Of a stretch of 44,214 nucleotides of DNA, positions 23,671 through 32,387 are shown in pieces (the first letter of the stretch is position 1; each line of letters starts with the position of its first letter). This DNA is from a virus, in IMG/VR virus record IMGVR_UViG_3300027807_000002, positions 1 through 44,214 of that record; one strand, 5' to 3'. The notes beneath the pieces were generated by a model. It was not told the DNA's origin, ran no database searches, and worked only from the letters and a program-made list of their open reading frames with translations. The translations under genes and the position numbers were made by a program.

Positions 23671-24600
23671 ATGGCCGCAGTAATTACCCGCTCGAATCAT
23701 CCGGACGCCCTTTGGCCGGGCGTCCTTAAATGGTTCGGCCTTTCCTATGACGAGTTTCCCGACATCTGGCCGGAAATGTTCGACGAGGTGGAGGGCGAGC
23801 TCGCCACCGAACGTCTGATCGAAGCCACCGGGTTCGGTTTGGCGCGGTCAAAGCAGGAAAGCGCGCCCATTTCCTACGATGCGGACGGGGAAGGCTACGC
23901 GACCCTCGCGACGCCGGCCGTGATCGGCCTCGGTTACCAAGTCACGCGCGAGGAACAGGAGGACAACCTCTACACGGAGGTGTCCCTGCCGCGTTCGGAA
24001 AGCCTGGCGTTTTCCATGCACACCACCATTGAGCTGATCCACGCCAATTTTTTCATCAACGCGTTCAGCTCCTCCTATCCCTACGGCGACGGCCAGCCGG
24101 TGCTTTCGGCCTCGCACCCTACCAAATCGGGGCTGCAGTCAAACCTGCCCACCACCAACGCGGATTTCTCCGAGGCCAGCCTGGAGGACATGCTCAAGCG
24201 GGTTTACCTCACCCAGAACAGCCGCGGCCTTCCCATCTCGCTCCGGGGCCGCAAGCTCGTCGTCTCGGCCGCGGACATGTTCAACACCACCCGCGTGCTG
24301 GAGAGCCAGCTTTCCACCAACACCTCGAACAGCACCAACTCCATCAATGCGGTAAAGCAGATGGGGCTTTTGCCGGAGGGCGCGGTGGTGAACCCCTATT
24401 TCGGCGTCGAGACGACGCAGGCCTGGTTTCTCCTCACCAGCATCGCCAAGGACAAGGGCTTGGTTTCGATCTGGCGGCGTTATCCCGAGCTCGAAAAGGA
24501 CAACGACTTCGACACGGAGAACCTGAAGGCCAAAACCACGGCTCGTTTCGTGGTGTCTGTGGGCGATTGGCGCGCGATCTACGGAACGCCCGGCGTATAA
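23671..24600 (+). CDS. major capsid protein (HK97 fold)
   Basis: 309 aa. The ...GFGLARSKQESAPISYD...GLGYQVTREEQEDNLY.........PVLSASHP......N........L......L.......G.PI....KLVVSA......VLES pattern is typical of Mu gpT-like/HK97-like capsid proteins. Confidence 0.75.
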   Translation: MAAVITRSNHPDALWPGVLKWFGLSYDEFPDIWPEMFDEVEGELATERLIEATGFGLARSKQESAPISYDADGEGYATLATPAVIGLGYQVTREEQEDNLYTEVSLPRSESLAFSMHTTIELIHANFFINAFSSSYPYGDGQPVLSASHPTKSGLQSNLPTTNADFSEASLEDMLKRVYLTQNSRGLPISLRGRKLVVSAADMFNTTRVLESQLSTNTSNSTNSINAVKQMGLLPEGAVVNPYFGVETTQAWFLLTSIAKDKGLVSIWRRYPELEKDNDFDTENLKAKTTARFVVSVGDWRAIYGTPGV

Positions 24601-24613
24601 CCCGTAGGGGCAT

Positions 24614-24627
24614 CGTGTCACATGAGC
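24614..24627 (+). repeat. dispersed motif copy CGTGTCACATGAGC
   Basis: Read directly. Lies in the 21-bp gap after the capsid gene and includes the ATG at 24622. Confidence 0.9.
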
Positions 24628-25065
24628 CGCGTCCGGCTACGCGCCAACACCTATCGCGGGCCGGACGCTTGGTTCATTTGCGACGTATGCGGCCAGCGTT
24701 GGCGGCGCTCCCAGATGCGCACCCGGTGGGACATGCTCAAGGTGGATTGGAAATGCGACGATCCGAGGCCGCCGCAAATGGAGCCTCCGGACGTTTACCC
24801 CGAGGGCATGCCCTTTCTCGACGCCCGCCCGCCCCAGGACAATCCCGACGCCCTGGTGGACGGCACGCACCTGCAGAGCGTCACCGGGGGATTTGTGGCC
24901 ACCACGGGCGTTGAGCCGGACTACAACACCGGCCAGACGCAGGGCCTGGGTGAGCTCTCGCCGCAGCCGATCTATAACTCCCCGGCTCCTGACGCTAGCC
25001 AAGCCTCGACCGTGGCCACGCGCACCATCCGCACCGGGCCGGTGTCGGCAGGAGGTGAGAATTGA
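24622..25065 (+). CDS. virion-associated protein with an N-terminal zinc ribbon
   Basis: FICDVCGQRW......KVDWKCDDPRPPQ motif, common at this position in podovirus tail modules. Confidence 0.5.
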   Translation: MSRVRLRANTYRGPDAWFICDVCGQRWRRSQMRTRWDMLKVDWKCDDPRPPQMEPPDVYPEGMPFLDARPPQDNPDALVDGTHLQSVTGGFVATTGVEPDYNTGQTQGLGELSPQPIYNSPAPDASQASTVATRTIRTGPVSAGGEN

Positions 25066-25550
25066 CAACCATCGCCTCCGGTTCTGACGGGACGCAAATC
25101 TCGGGTTATCCCCAGGTGACCAGCGTGTTGCCCACGGACCTTTTCGTCCTGCAGCGCAGTGACAGCGTGGGTCCGGTTGGGACATGTTGCATTTCCGCGG
25201 CCGATCTTATTCCGGCGTCCACCTATGACGTGGGCATGAATTATTTGTCCGTGCCGGCGGCCAGTTCGGTTTTCCTGACCTTTGCGGCCGTCCGCGCCTT
25301 CACTCTCCCCTCGGGCTTCACAGGCAGCGTGGCGGAAACCACCAACGAGGCCACAAGTATGGTGGCGCTGACGATCCAAAAGAACGGAACCAGCATCGGG
25401 ACCATCACCTTCGCCGGCTCCGCCAGCTCGGGCAGTTTTTCGGGCGAGGGGGCGAGTTTCGTGGCTGGGGATCTTTTGGAGATCGCGTCCCCGTCTGACC
25501 TTTACGGCCTGGCCAATCTCGCCATCACTTTCGCGGGGACTTTGGGATGA
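25062..25550 (+). CDS. virion structural protein
   Basis: 162 aa. TTG start with a GGAGG SD, coupled. Beta-rich. Confidence 0.5.
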   Translation: MTTIASGSDGTQISGYPQVTSVLPTDLFVLQRSDSVGPVGTCCISAADLIPASTYDVGMNYLSVPAASSVFLTFAAVRAFTLPSGFTGSVAETTNEATSMVALTIQKNGTSIGTITFAGSASSGSFSGEGASFVAGDLLEIASPSDLYGLANLAITFAGTLG

Positions 25551-26581
25551 CCACCACTTTCCGCCTGATTGAGGGTTTCGACGTTTATCCCAACATTAAC
25601 TCGACCTCGGCCGGCCTGCAGGCCCGTTGGCTATCGGTCGGCAATTACGGCGCCATGGGGCTGACCACGGGACGGTTCGGGGGCCAAGCCTTGGTTTCGG
25701 GACCGTCCAGCTCGGGCTCGCCGGCCGTCGCCTATCCCCTCACCATTGAAAACGAGGGCGATTCCGGAGTCGCCCTGGGCTTTGCGTTCAACCTGCAAAT
25801 CTCAGTGACGCAACAGCGCATCGCCACCTTGCGCACGGGCGGGGCCACGGGAACAGACGTGTGCGGCATCGCGGTAAACAATAGCCAACAGCCTTATATT
25901 TTTGGCTCCAGCGTCTCTACGCCCCTCGCCACCGCCAGCTTGGCCCTTTCAACGGGCTCGTGGCATTATTTCGAGCTAGTGGCCAACCTTGTGTCCTCGG
26001 GCAGCTTGACGCTTTACGTGGATGGGGTGGAGGCCTGCACCTATTCGGGCGCCCTCACCAATACGGTGGACAGCCTGGTGTTCGGCACCTTCACGCCCTC
26101 CTCATCCGCCGGCCTCGGCTACTTTGACGACGTTTATTCCACCGCCTCGGCCACGCGCCTGGGCGAGCGGCGGGTGGAAACCCTCTATCCCGACGCGGCC
26201 GGCGCGGATTCAGGTTGGACGCCCCTTTCGGGCGCAAATTACGCCAACGTCAATTCGACCATCAATAACAACGGGTCCACCTACGTCTCCACCTCCACGG
26301 CCAACGAACAGGACCTCTACGAGATCGGGCCGCTCTCGGGACAGCCCAGCATCATCGATGCGGTGCAGGTGCGCGTGTCCTGCGCCAAATCCGACAGCGC
26401 ATCCCATGTCCTCACCACCAGTCTGCAGAGCGACGGCAACCTGGTGCAGGGGTCGAATTTCGCCATCGCCGGGACCTACCTTTACGATCTCGATATTCAC
26501 ACCCTGGACCCCAACGGATCCATCGCGTGGACCTACGCCGCCGTGAACGCCTGCCAAATCGGCCAAAAGCTCGTGAGCTAA
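25547..26581 (+). CDS. structural protein with a ConA/LamG-like lectin domain
   Basis: STGSWHYFELVANLVSSGSLTLYVDGVEA is the characteristic LamG-type strand pair. Confidence 0.5.
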   Translation: MTTTFRLIEGFDVYPNINSTSAGLQARWLSVGNYGAMGLTTGRFGGQALVSGPSSSGSPAVAYPLTIENEGDSGVALGFAFNLQISVTQQRIATLRTGGATGTDVCGIAVNNSQQPYIFGSSVSTPLATASLALSTGSWHYFELVANLVSSGSLTLYVDGVEACTYSGALTNTVDSLVFGTFTPSSSAGLGYFDDVYSTASATRLGERRVETLYPDAAGADSGWTPLSGANYANVNSTINNNGSTYVSTSTANEQDLYEIGPLSGQPSIIDAVQVRVSCAKSDSASHVLTTSLQSDGNLVQGSNFAIAGTYLYDLDIHTLDPNGSIAWTYAAVNACQIGQKLVS

Positions 26582-26584
26582 GCC

Positions 26585-26839
26585 ATGACAGGCAATGTCA
26601 CCGTCAACCAGACCGTGGCGGAGGTGCTGGAAGCGTCCGGCTCCGCCCAGGTCAACCAAGTGGTGGCGGAAACCGTGGTGCAGGACCAGGGCACGCCCGT
26701 GCGGGTCAATCAGACCGTGCTAGAGGTGGTGACGGCCGTGCCCAACACCCCCAGGGTCAACCAGGTGGTGCTCGAGGTGCTTTGCAATTTGGTCAATGCG
26801 CCCGCGCCGGCTTATGTTTCGGTCATGCAAAGGGGGTGA
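26585..26839 (+). CDS. 84-aa repeat protein (four VNQxVxEV repeats)
   Basis: VTVNQTVAEVL / AQVNQVVAETV / VRVNQTVLEVV / PRVNQVVLEVL. DNA repeats start at 26603, 26651, 26705 and 26756. Confidence 0.6.
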   Translation: MTGNVTVNQTVAEVLEASGSAQVNQVVAETVVQDQGTPVRVNQTVLEVVTAVPNTPRVNQVVLEVLCNLVNAPAPAYVSVMQRG

Positions 26840-26842
26840 TCC

Positions 26843-27574
26843 ATGTCCGTCACGTTCGATCCCACCTTCAGCGCCCTCGCAGGACGCGCCTACCGCCTGA
26901 TCACAGGCCAAAGCGCGGACGTTAACGGCGGCGCCCTTTCCGCGGACCAGATGACCCAAGCCCTTTTGGCTGGAAACCTCATGCTGAAAAGCTGGCAATC
27001 GTCGGGGGTCAACCTTTTCCGCCGCACGCAGAGCAGCCTCACCATCGGCGTATTGCAGGGGACGCCGACCAACCCCTACCCGTTCAGCCCCAACGTCATC
27101 AATGTGATGGAATGCCGGTGGGTGGTGAACCCAGCGCCCGATCTCTATGAGCGGCCCATGGGGCCTTACACCTATATTCAGTACATGCAGCTGCCGAATA
27201 AGTATTACGGCAACGATAGCCCCAGCGTGTGGATGTACGACCGCCAGCAAGCGGGGTCCAATCTCTATCTTTTTCCGCCGCCCGTGAACGGCGGCACGGT
27301 CAATTGCACCACCGTGCGCATCGCCAACGATATAAACAGCGATTCGGACGAAGTGGATTTGCCGCAGGAATGGCTTGAGACCTTTGTTTACTGCCTGGCC
27401 GACCGGCTCATGGACGACGAAACCCTGGCGGATGCGGCGCAGGCGGCCAACACGGCCCAGCGCATCACCGCAAGGGCGGAGCGGCTTTATCGCACCGTGC
27501 TCGATTTTGACCGTCCAGACGAGATTTTCATGCAACCCTACGGCAACGCCGGCAGGCGATTGAGGAGGCCCTGA
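26843..27574 (+). CDS. head-tail adaptor-like structural protein (putative)
   Basis: 243 aa. ALLAGNLMLKSWQSSGVNLF motif and position upstream of the tail hub. Confidence 0.4.
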   Translation: MSVTFDPTFSALAGRAYRLITGQSADVNGGALSADQMTQALLAGNLMLKSWQSSGVNLFRRTQSSLTIGVLQGTPTNPYPFSPNVINVMECRWVVNPAPDLYERPMGPYTYIQYMQLPNKYYGNDSPSVWMYDRQQAGSNLYLFPPPVNGGTVNCTTVRIANDINSDSDEVDLPQEWLETFVYCLADRLMDDETLADAAQAANTAQRITARAERLYRTVLDFDRPDEIFMQPYGNAGRRLRRP

Positions 27575-27813
27575 TGGCGTTTAATGCAACCCTGACACCC
27601 GCCGACGCTTATGCGGTGACGCCTTCGGACACCGTGTCCAATCCAGGCGTGGCGCTTTATGTGGGCGGGGCGGGAAACGTGGCCGTCACCACGCAAAAGG
27701 GCCATGTGGTCACGTTTCAGAACGTCCCCGCCGGATCCATTCTGCCCATCAATTTCGGGCTGGTCATGGCCACCAACACCACCGCAACCGACCTTGTAGC
27801 ATTTTTGCCCTAA
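27574..27813 (+). CDS. small conserved virion protein
   Basis: GGAGNVAVTTQKGHVVTFQNVPAGSILPINFGLVMATNTTATDLVAFL pattern, common in podovirus and prophage tail modules. Confidence 0.5.
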   Translation: MAFNATLTPADAYAVTPSDTVSNPGVALYVGGAGNVAVTTQKGHVVTFQNVPAGSILPINFGLVMATNTTATDLVAFLP

Positions 27814-28514
27814 TGCCCCTCTCGCCTGGCCTCGGCATCAGTCCGCCGTTTAATTTAGGGCCTCTCGTGGCCGGCGGCGGCTACACGGGACCAACCGTCG
27901 ATTCGGCGGCGCAGACGGTGACGGCGGGGTTTACGGACAGCGATTCGGTCACCATGCCCGCCATCGCCGCGGGCGACGTGGTGCTGGTGCAGATCACCCA
28001 GACATTCCACAACGCCGCCGTGGTGAGCTGCACCTCGCCTAATCTGACCTTCACCAAGATCGCGGACAATCCCAACCCGGACGGCTCAGGCTTTGGGGGA
28101 AATTGCCATGCGGTTTATTACGCGGTGGCCGCCGAGGCCCTGACTAACGAAGTGATCACGGGGACCAATTCCGGCGGTTATGGCTTTGGCATGGGCGCTT
28201 TTACGGTCAACGGCGCAAACGCCTCGCCCCTTGATCCTAATTCATCCCTGCCCGCCACGTCGCTCACGGCCACGGTGGGGCTTTCAACCACGGACAAGCC
28301 TGATCTCGTGGTGCTCTTTTATGGCGATAGTTCGAGCTCAAACGCCATCGTGCCGCCGGCCGGCTTCACCCAGATTTACAACGTCGCCGGGGCGCAGGAG
28401 AACACCTTCCTGGCGGCCTATCAAAAAGCCTCGGGACAGATATCCGGCGGCTCCTACACCTTCACCGGCCCTACGTCCTCGCCGTCCATCATCGGCGTTG
28501 CATTAAAGGTTTAG
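27813..28514 (+). CDS. virion structural protein
   Basis: 233 aa, beta-rich, coupled start. Confidence 0.5.
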   Translation: MPLSPGLGISPPFNLGPLVAGGGYTGPTVDSAAQTVTAGFTDSDSVTMPAIAAGDVVLVQITQTFHNAAVVSCTSPNLTFTKIADNPNPDGSGFGGNCHAVYYAVAAEALTNEVITGTNSGGYGFGMGAFTVNGANASPLDPNSSLPATSLTATVGLSTTDKPDLVVLFYGDSSSSNAIVPPAGFTQIYNVAGAQENTFLAAYQKASGQISGGSYTFTGPTSSPSIIGVALKV

Positions 28515-28525
28515 AGGAGCGGACC

Positions 28526-28708
28526 ATGGCAAGAGCTGATTCGTGGATCGCCAATGCGACGCGCAACAAAGGCAAGCTGCACACGCGCCTGGGCGTGCCC
28601 GAAGACGAAAAGATTCCCGCCAAGAAACTGGCCAAGGCCGCAGAACGCGGCGGGAAATTAGGGAAAGAGGCGAGGCTTGCCGAAACCCTAAAGGGCCTGC
28701 GCAAGTAG
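28526..28708 (+). CDS. small basic protein
   Basis: GKLHTRLGVPEDEKIPAKKLAKAAERGGKLGKEARLAETLKGLRK resembles a widespread small conserved family. Confidence 0.5.
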   Translation: MARADSWIANATRNKGKLHTRLGVPEDEKIPAKKLAKAAERGGKLGKEARLAETLKGLRK

Positions 28709-28718
28709 CGCCCGCTTT

Positions 28719-28770
28719 GCGGCTTCGGCCGCGCCTGGGCTGGACCCAGGCATGGCCAGGCCTCCGCCAT
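28719..28770 (+). other. three consecutive GC-rich stem-loops (RNA structure or factor-independent pause/terminator without a U tract)
   Basis: GCGGC-TTCG-GCCGC (28719-28732), GCCTGGG-CTGGA-CCCAGGC (28733-28751), ATGGC-N9-GCCAT (28752-28770). Confidence 0.4.
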
Positions 28771-28808
28771 CGGGGTGGAGATCGACCTGGCGAGCAAAGG
28801 AGGCCGTC

Positions 28809-29258
28809 ATGGCCATGATGAAGTGCAAGCATTGCGGAGGTGCGCACAAAAGCGAGGACCATGCCAAAATGGGCCGCAAGGCCGAGGAGCATAAGGCCGG
28901 CGAAAAGGGCGCTCGGGCCGAAATGCACAAGCGCATGGAGCGCAAGGCCGAGGACAAAAAAGAGGAGCGCAAGATGCGTCCGCGCGAGGAAAAGCGCGGG
29001 TCCATGGAGGGCGCGCGCCGCATGAACGCAGAGCCCAGGGCCAGAACCGGCGGCGACCTGAAAACCGCCCCCGTGGCCATGCGCGAGGGCATGGCCAAGC
29101 GCAATGCGGTTCCTGTGGTGGGCTCGCCTGGCCACCCGCCAGCGCCCGGCGGCTCGGTCAAGGTGGTCCATGAACATCATCACTATCATCACCGCGCCGG
29201 CTCTCACACAATGACCCCGCCCATGAAGGGCAAGGGCATGAAGGCGGAGATGAAATGA
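28809..29258 (+). CDS. 149-aa K/E/R-rich protein with a histidine cluster
   Basis: AAAGGAGG SD lies 5 nt before the ATG at 28809. MAMMKCKHCGGAHKSEDHAKMGRKAEEHKAGEKG...VVHEHHHYHHRAGSH. Confidence 0.55.
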   Translation: MAMMKCKHCGGAHKSEDHAKMGRKAEEHKAGEKGARAEMHKRMERKAEDKKEERKMRPREEKRGSMEGARRMNAEPRARTGGDLKTAPVAMREGMAKRNAVPVVGSPGHPPAPGGSVKVVHEHHHYHHRAGSHTMTPPMKGKGMKAEMK

Positions 29259-29458
29259 TGCGGGAGAAGCGCAAAGCGGGCGGGGACTGGATGCTCAAGC
29301 AACCAGGCCCGCGGCCGGGGAGCCTCAAGGCGATTCCCGAGCAAAAGGCCATCGCCATGGGGTTCGCTTCGCCCGAAACGCCGCGGCGGACGAAAACCAA
29401 CCAGAAAAATGGCGAGACCGGCGAAACCAAAGCGCCGGGGTTCACCCAGCGCCGCTAA
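29255..29458 (+). CDS. small basic protein
   Basis: 67 aa, ATGA-coupled. Confidence 0.45.
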   Translation: MMREKRKAGGDWMLKQPGPRPGSLKAIPEQKAIAMGFASPETPRRTKTNQKNGETGETKAPGFTQRR

Positions 29459-29461
29459 CTG

Positions 29462-30868
29462 ATGCCGGCCCTGGATCTCGCCACCACGTACTCGGGGCGC
29501 CCTCGCCTGGGCGTCCCGACCTTGCGCATGGTCAACGCCTTCTCGGAGGCGACGTCCGGCGGCCCCACGCCCGTGGTGCGCACGACAAGGCCAGGGCTCA
29601 CCGAACAGTATGTTTTGGGGTCAGGGCCCATCCTGCGCCAGTTTCAGCTGCCCGGCGTTCTGAATGGGGCGACGTTTTCTATTTCCGGACCCGAGCTCTA
29701 CGAGGGCGACACCCTCCTCGGGAGCGTGGCCTATAGCGCCTTCCCCCGCATGGCGGCGGCCAACGGCCAGCTGATGATCGTGGCTGGCGGCGGGCTCTAT
29801 TGCTATCAGAACGGCGCCCTTACCCAAATCACAGATTTCATCAATGACGAAGGCGCCCTTCCGCCCTTTTCCGGCGTGGCGGTGCTTTACAACATTTTCG
29901 TCTATCCGGTTCAGGGTACGAACCAGTTCTTTTTTTCCACCACGGGCGATGGGACGTCTATCGACGCCCTCAATTTTTCCAGCGCCCAGACCAACCCCAC
30001 GCCCATCGTGGAGGTGTCCACCCTGGCCGAGCAGCTTTATTTCCACAAAAGCCTGGCCACGGAGATTTGGAATTTTACCGGCCAGCTCACCGCGCCCTTT
30101 GCTGAATCCCAGGGCTCGACCTACACCCGCGGGGCGGCTTCTCAAGGGAGCGTGGTCTCCCAGGACAACGCCCTTTTCTGGGTGGGCGAGGACCTGGTGG
30201 TCTATCGCTCCAATGTCATTCCCCAGCGCATTTCCACTTCCCAGGTGGAGGACGTGCTGCAGCAAGGCGCGGACGACAGCGCCGGCATCATCGGCTTTTC
30301 GTTCAATCTGGAGGGCCATGCCTGGGTGGCGTTCAATATCCCCGGTCCGAACCAGACCTGGGCTTACGACTGCCAGACCCGCAACTGGTATCAGTGGGGC
30401 ACGCAAAACGCTGAAAACGAAGACCCTGGCCAGCTGATCATTCAAACGGCCGCCGGCCAGTCTGATGGATCCATCCTGGGCGGTTCTTCCGTCGATGGGA
30501 CGGTCTACGCCATAGACCCCACCGTCTACACCGACGCCGGCCAGCCCATTCGGGTGGTGGTGGGCGGGTTCATTCCCATGTCCGGCGGCCGGCTTCGAAT
30601 CTCATCCGTGTCCTTGCAGTGCGTCCGGGGCGTCGCCAACGGGACCGTGCCTGATCCTGTCGTGCGCCTGCGCTTTTCCGACGACGGCGGGCGGACCTTT
30701 TGCGGCTGGATCCCCGCCAAGCTGGCCTATGTGGGCAGCTATAACCTCAAGGCCATCTGGCGCGGCCTGGGCGTCGCGCGCCAGCCGGGCCGCCTGTTCG
30801 AGTTCGCCATTTCCGATGCGGTGACCATCGCCATACAAGGGGCCAGCTACAACGAAGCGCGGCCATGA
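29462..30868 (+). CDS. tail hub / packaged-DNA stabilization protein (P22 gp10-like, putative)
   Basis: 468 aa (P22 gp10 is of similar size). Repeated beta-propeller-like segments. C-terminal RLRFSDDGGRTF motif. Confidence 0.45.
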   Translation: MPALDLATTYSGRPRLGVPTLRMVNAFSEATSGGPTPVVRTTRPGLTEQYVLGSGPILRQFQLPGVLNGATFSISGPELYEGDTLLGSVAYSAFPRMAAANGQLMIVAGGGLYCYQNGALTQITDFINDEGALPPFSGVAVLYNIFVYPVQGTNQFFFSTTGDGTSIDALNFSSAQTNPTPIVEVSTLAEQLYFHKSLATEIWNFTGQLTAPFAESQGSTYTRGAASQGSVVSQDNALFWVGEDLVVYRSNVIPQRISTSQVEDVLQQGADDSAGIIGFSFNLEGHAWVAFNIPGPNQTWAYDCQTRNWYQWGTQNAENEDPGQLIIQTAAGQSDGSILGGSSVDGTVYAIDPTVYTDAGQPIRVVVGGFIPMSGGRLRISSVSLQCVRGVANGTVPDPVVRLRFSDDGGRTFCGWIPAKLAYVGSYNLKAIWRGLGVARQPGRLFEFAISDAVTIAIQGASYNEARP

Positions 30869-32061
30869 CCACGAGCGCCACCGCGTTCCAGCTTCCCCAG
30901 CAAAATATCCCCGTGGTCGATGCACAAGGCCGCGTCACGCTGCAGTGGTTTCGGTTCTTTCAGCAGCTCGGCGTGTCGGGCGATCCATCCGGAGCTATCG
31001 CCGCTTTGGAGGCCGAGGTGGCCACCCTAGCCACGGACGTGGCGACAGCCGAGAGCCAGGCAGCCCAGGCGGTTACCGACGCATCAGAGGCCCTCGACGC
31101 CGCCAGCGCCGGCCAGGTCCTGGGCGCCATTGCCCTCAAGCAGGCCGTAAGCCCCCTCCGGATCTCCGGTAGCGGCCTTGCAACGTCCGGGGCGTCCTCC
31201 ATCACGTTCGCCGGGGCCGGGGCCACCGTGTCACATGAAGGCGGCGACGTGACAGTGACCGTTCCGGCAACGGTTTACTCGGTCGGCCTCTCAGCGCCCG
31301 CGCAATTCAGTGTTACCGGATCGCCCGTCGCCACGTCCGGCACGCTGAATTTTTCCTGGAACACGCAAACCGCCAATGCGGTGTTGGCCGGGCCGTCAAG
31401 CGGTTCAGCAGCAGCGCCCACGTTCAGGGCGCTCGTGGCGGCCGACATTCCGGAAAACCTGAACGCGAGCATTATCTCGGGCTTTTGTCAGGTCAACTAC
31501 GGCTCGGCCAACCCTTATTTCCAATGGTACAATTCATCAGCCGGAACAAACCAGAAGTATCTCAGGCTGGTGTCCGACAGCATTGGCGATTTGATCCTTC
31601 AAACGGTCAATGACGCCTACACCGCCGCCATCAGCATCTTAAAGATAGACAATTCCGGGAATCTTTATCTCACGAGCGCGGGCCTTAAAGCCCTGACGGA
31701 TCAGGGCGCTTGGTCCACCTATTCGCCCACCGTCTCCTCCGGTTCCGGCTCCATTACGTCCTACACGGTCAATTCGGCGCGCTATCTGCAGCTTGGAACG
31801 GTGGTGCATCTTTTCCTCAGCATCACCATTAACACCAACGGCACGGGCGCGGGCGCGGTGATCGTGACGTTGCCGGTTTCCAGTACAAGTCTCGCCAACG
31901 CCGTGGGCGCCGGGCGCGAGACTAGTCTGACAGGCAAGATGTGTCAGGCCATCCTGACCAGCGCCACCACGGCGGAGATCGTGTTTTATGACAACACCTA
32001 TCCAGGCGCTAACGGCGCGGGCATTTTGCTCAGCATGACCTATGAAGCGGCGGCGGGATGA
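30865..32061 (+). CDS. tail fibre protein
   Basis: N-terminal ...VVDAQGRVTLQWFRFFQQL. Coiled coil. ANAVLAGPSSGSAAAPTFRALVAADIP is a classic tail-fibre motif. Confidence 0.75.
   Translation: MTTSATAFQLPQQNIPVVDAQGRVTLQWFRFFQQLGVSGDPSGAIAALEAEVATLATDVATAESQAAQAVTDASEALDAASAGQVLGAIALKQAVSPLRISGSGLATSGASSITFAGAGATVSHEGGDVTVTVPATVYSVGLSAPAQFSVTGSPVATSGTLNFSWNTQTANAVLAGPSSGSAAAPTFRALVAADIPENLNASIISGFCQVNYGSANPYFQWYNSSAGTNQKYLRLVSDSIGDLILQTVNDAYTAAISILKIDNSGNLYLTSAGLKALTDQGAWSTYSPTVSSGSGSITSYTVNSARYLQLGTVVHLFLSITINTNGTGAGAVIVTLPVSSTSLANAVGAGRETSLTGKMCQAILTSATTAEIVFYDNTYPGANGAGILLSMTYEAAAG
31227..31240 (+). repeat. dispersed motif copy CGTGTCACATGAAG
   Basis: Read directly. Lies inside tail fibre gene 1. 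Confidence 0.9.
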
Positions 32062-32387
32062 CCCTGACCTTTAACAATTCCGACACCCAGCTCCTGACCA
32101 CGGCCCAGCCGGTGCTCGTGGGCGATCAAGGAGCGACCTACATCATCACGGCCGCCACGGTGGTGAACACGGACACCGAACAGCACGAGGTGAGCGTCTG
32201 GCGCGTGCCCAACGGCGGATCAACCAGCCTCGCCGGCACGCAGATCATTGACGCGCAGCCCGTGGCGGCCGGCGAGACCGCCCAGCTCGGCCTCGTGGGC
32301 CAGAGCCTGACCAATGCGGCGACCTTGCAGGCCTTGGCGGATGCGGCGGACGTGCTGAACCTCAACCTTTCATGGGTTCAAATGTGA
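32058..32387 (+). CDS. small conserved tail-associated protein
   Basis: 109 aa, coupled. Confidence 0.5.
   Translation: MTLTFNNSDTQLLTTAQPVLVGDQGATYIITAATVVNTDTEQHEVSVWRVPNGGSTSLAGTQIIDAQPVAAGETAQLGLVGQSLTNAATLQALADAADVLNLNLSWVQM

Noticed and set aside
27633-27644. 12-mer CGTGTCCAATCC repeated at 27633-27644 and 32533-32544.
   Set aside because: A single pair of 12-mers is expected by chance in 44 kb. Both copies encode VSNP in the real frames. It differs from the dispersed motif at the key C-A-C positions.
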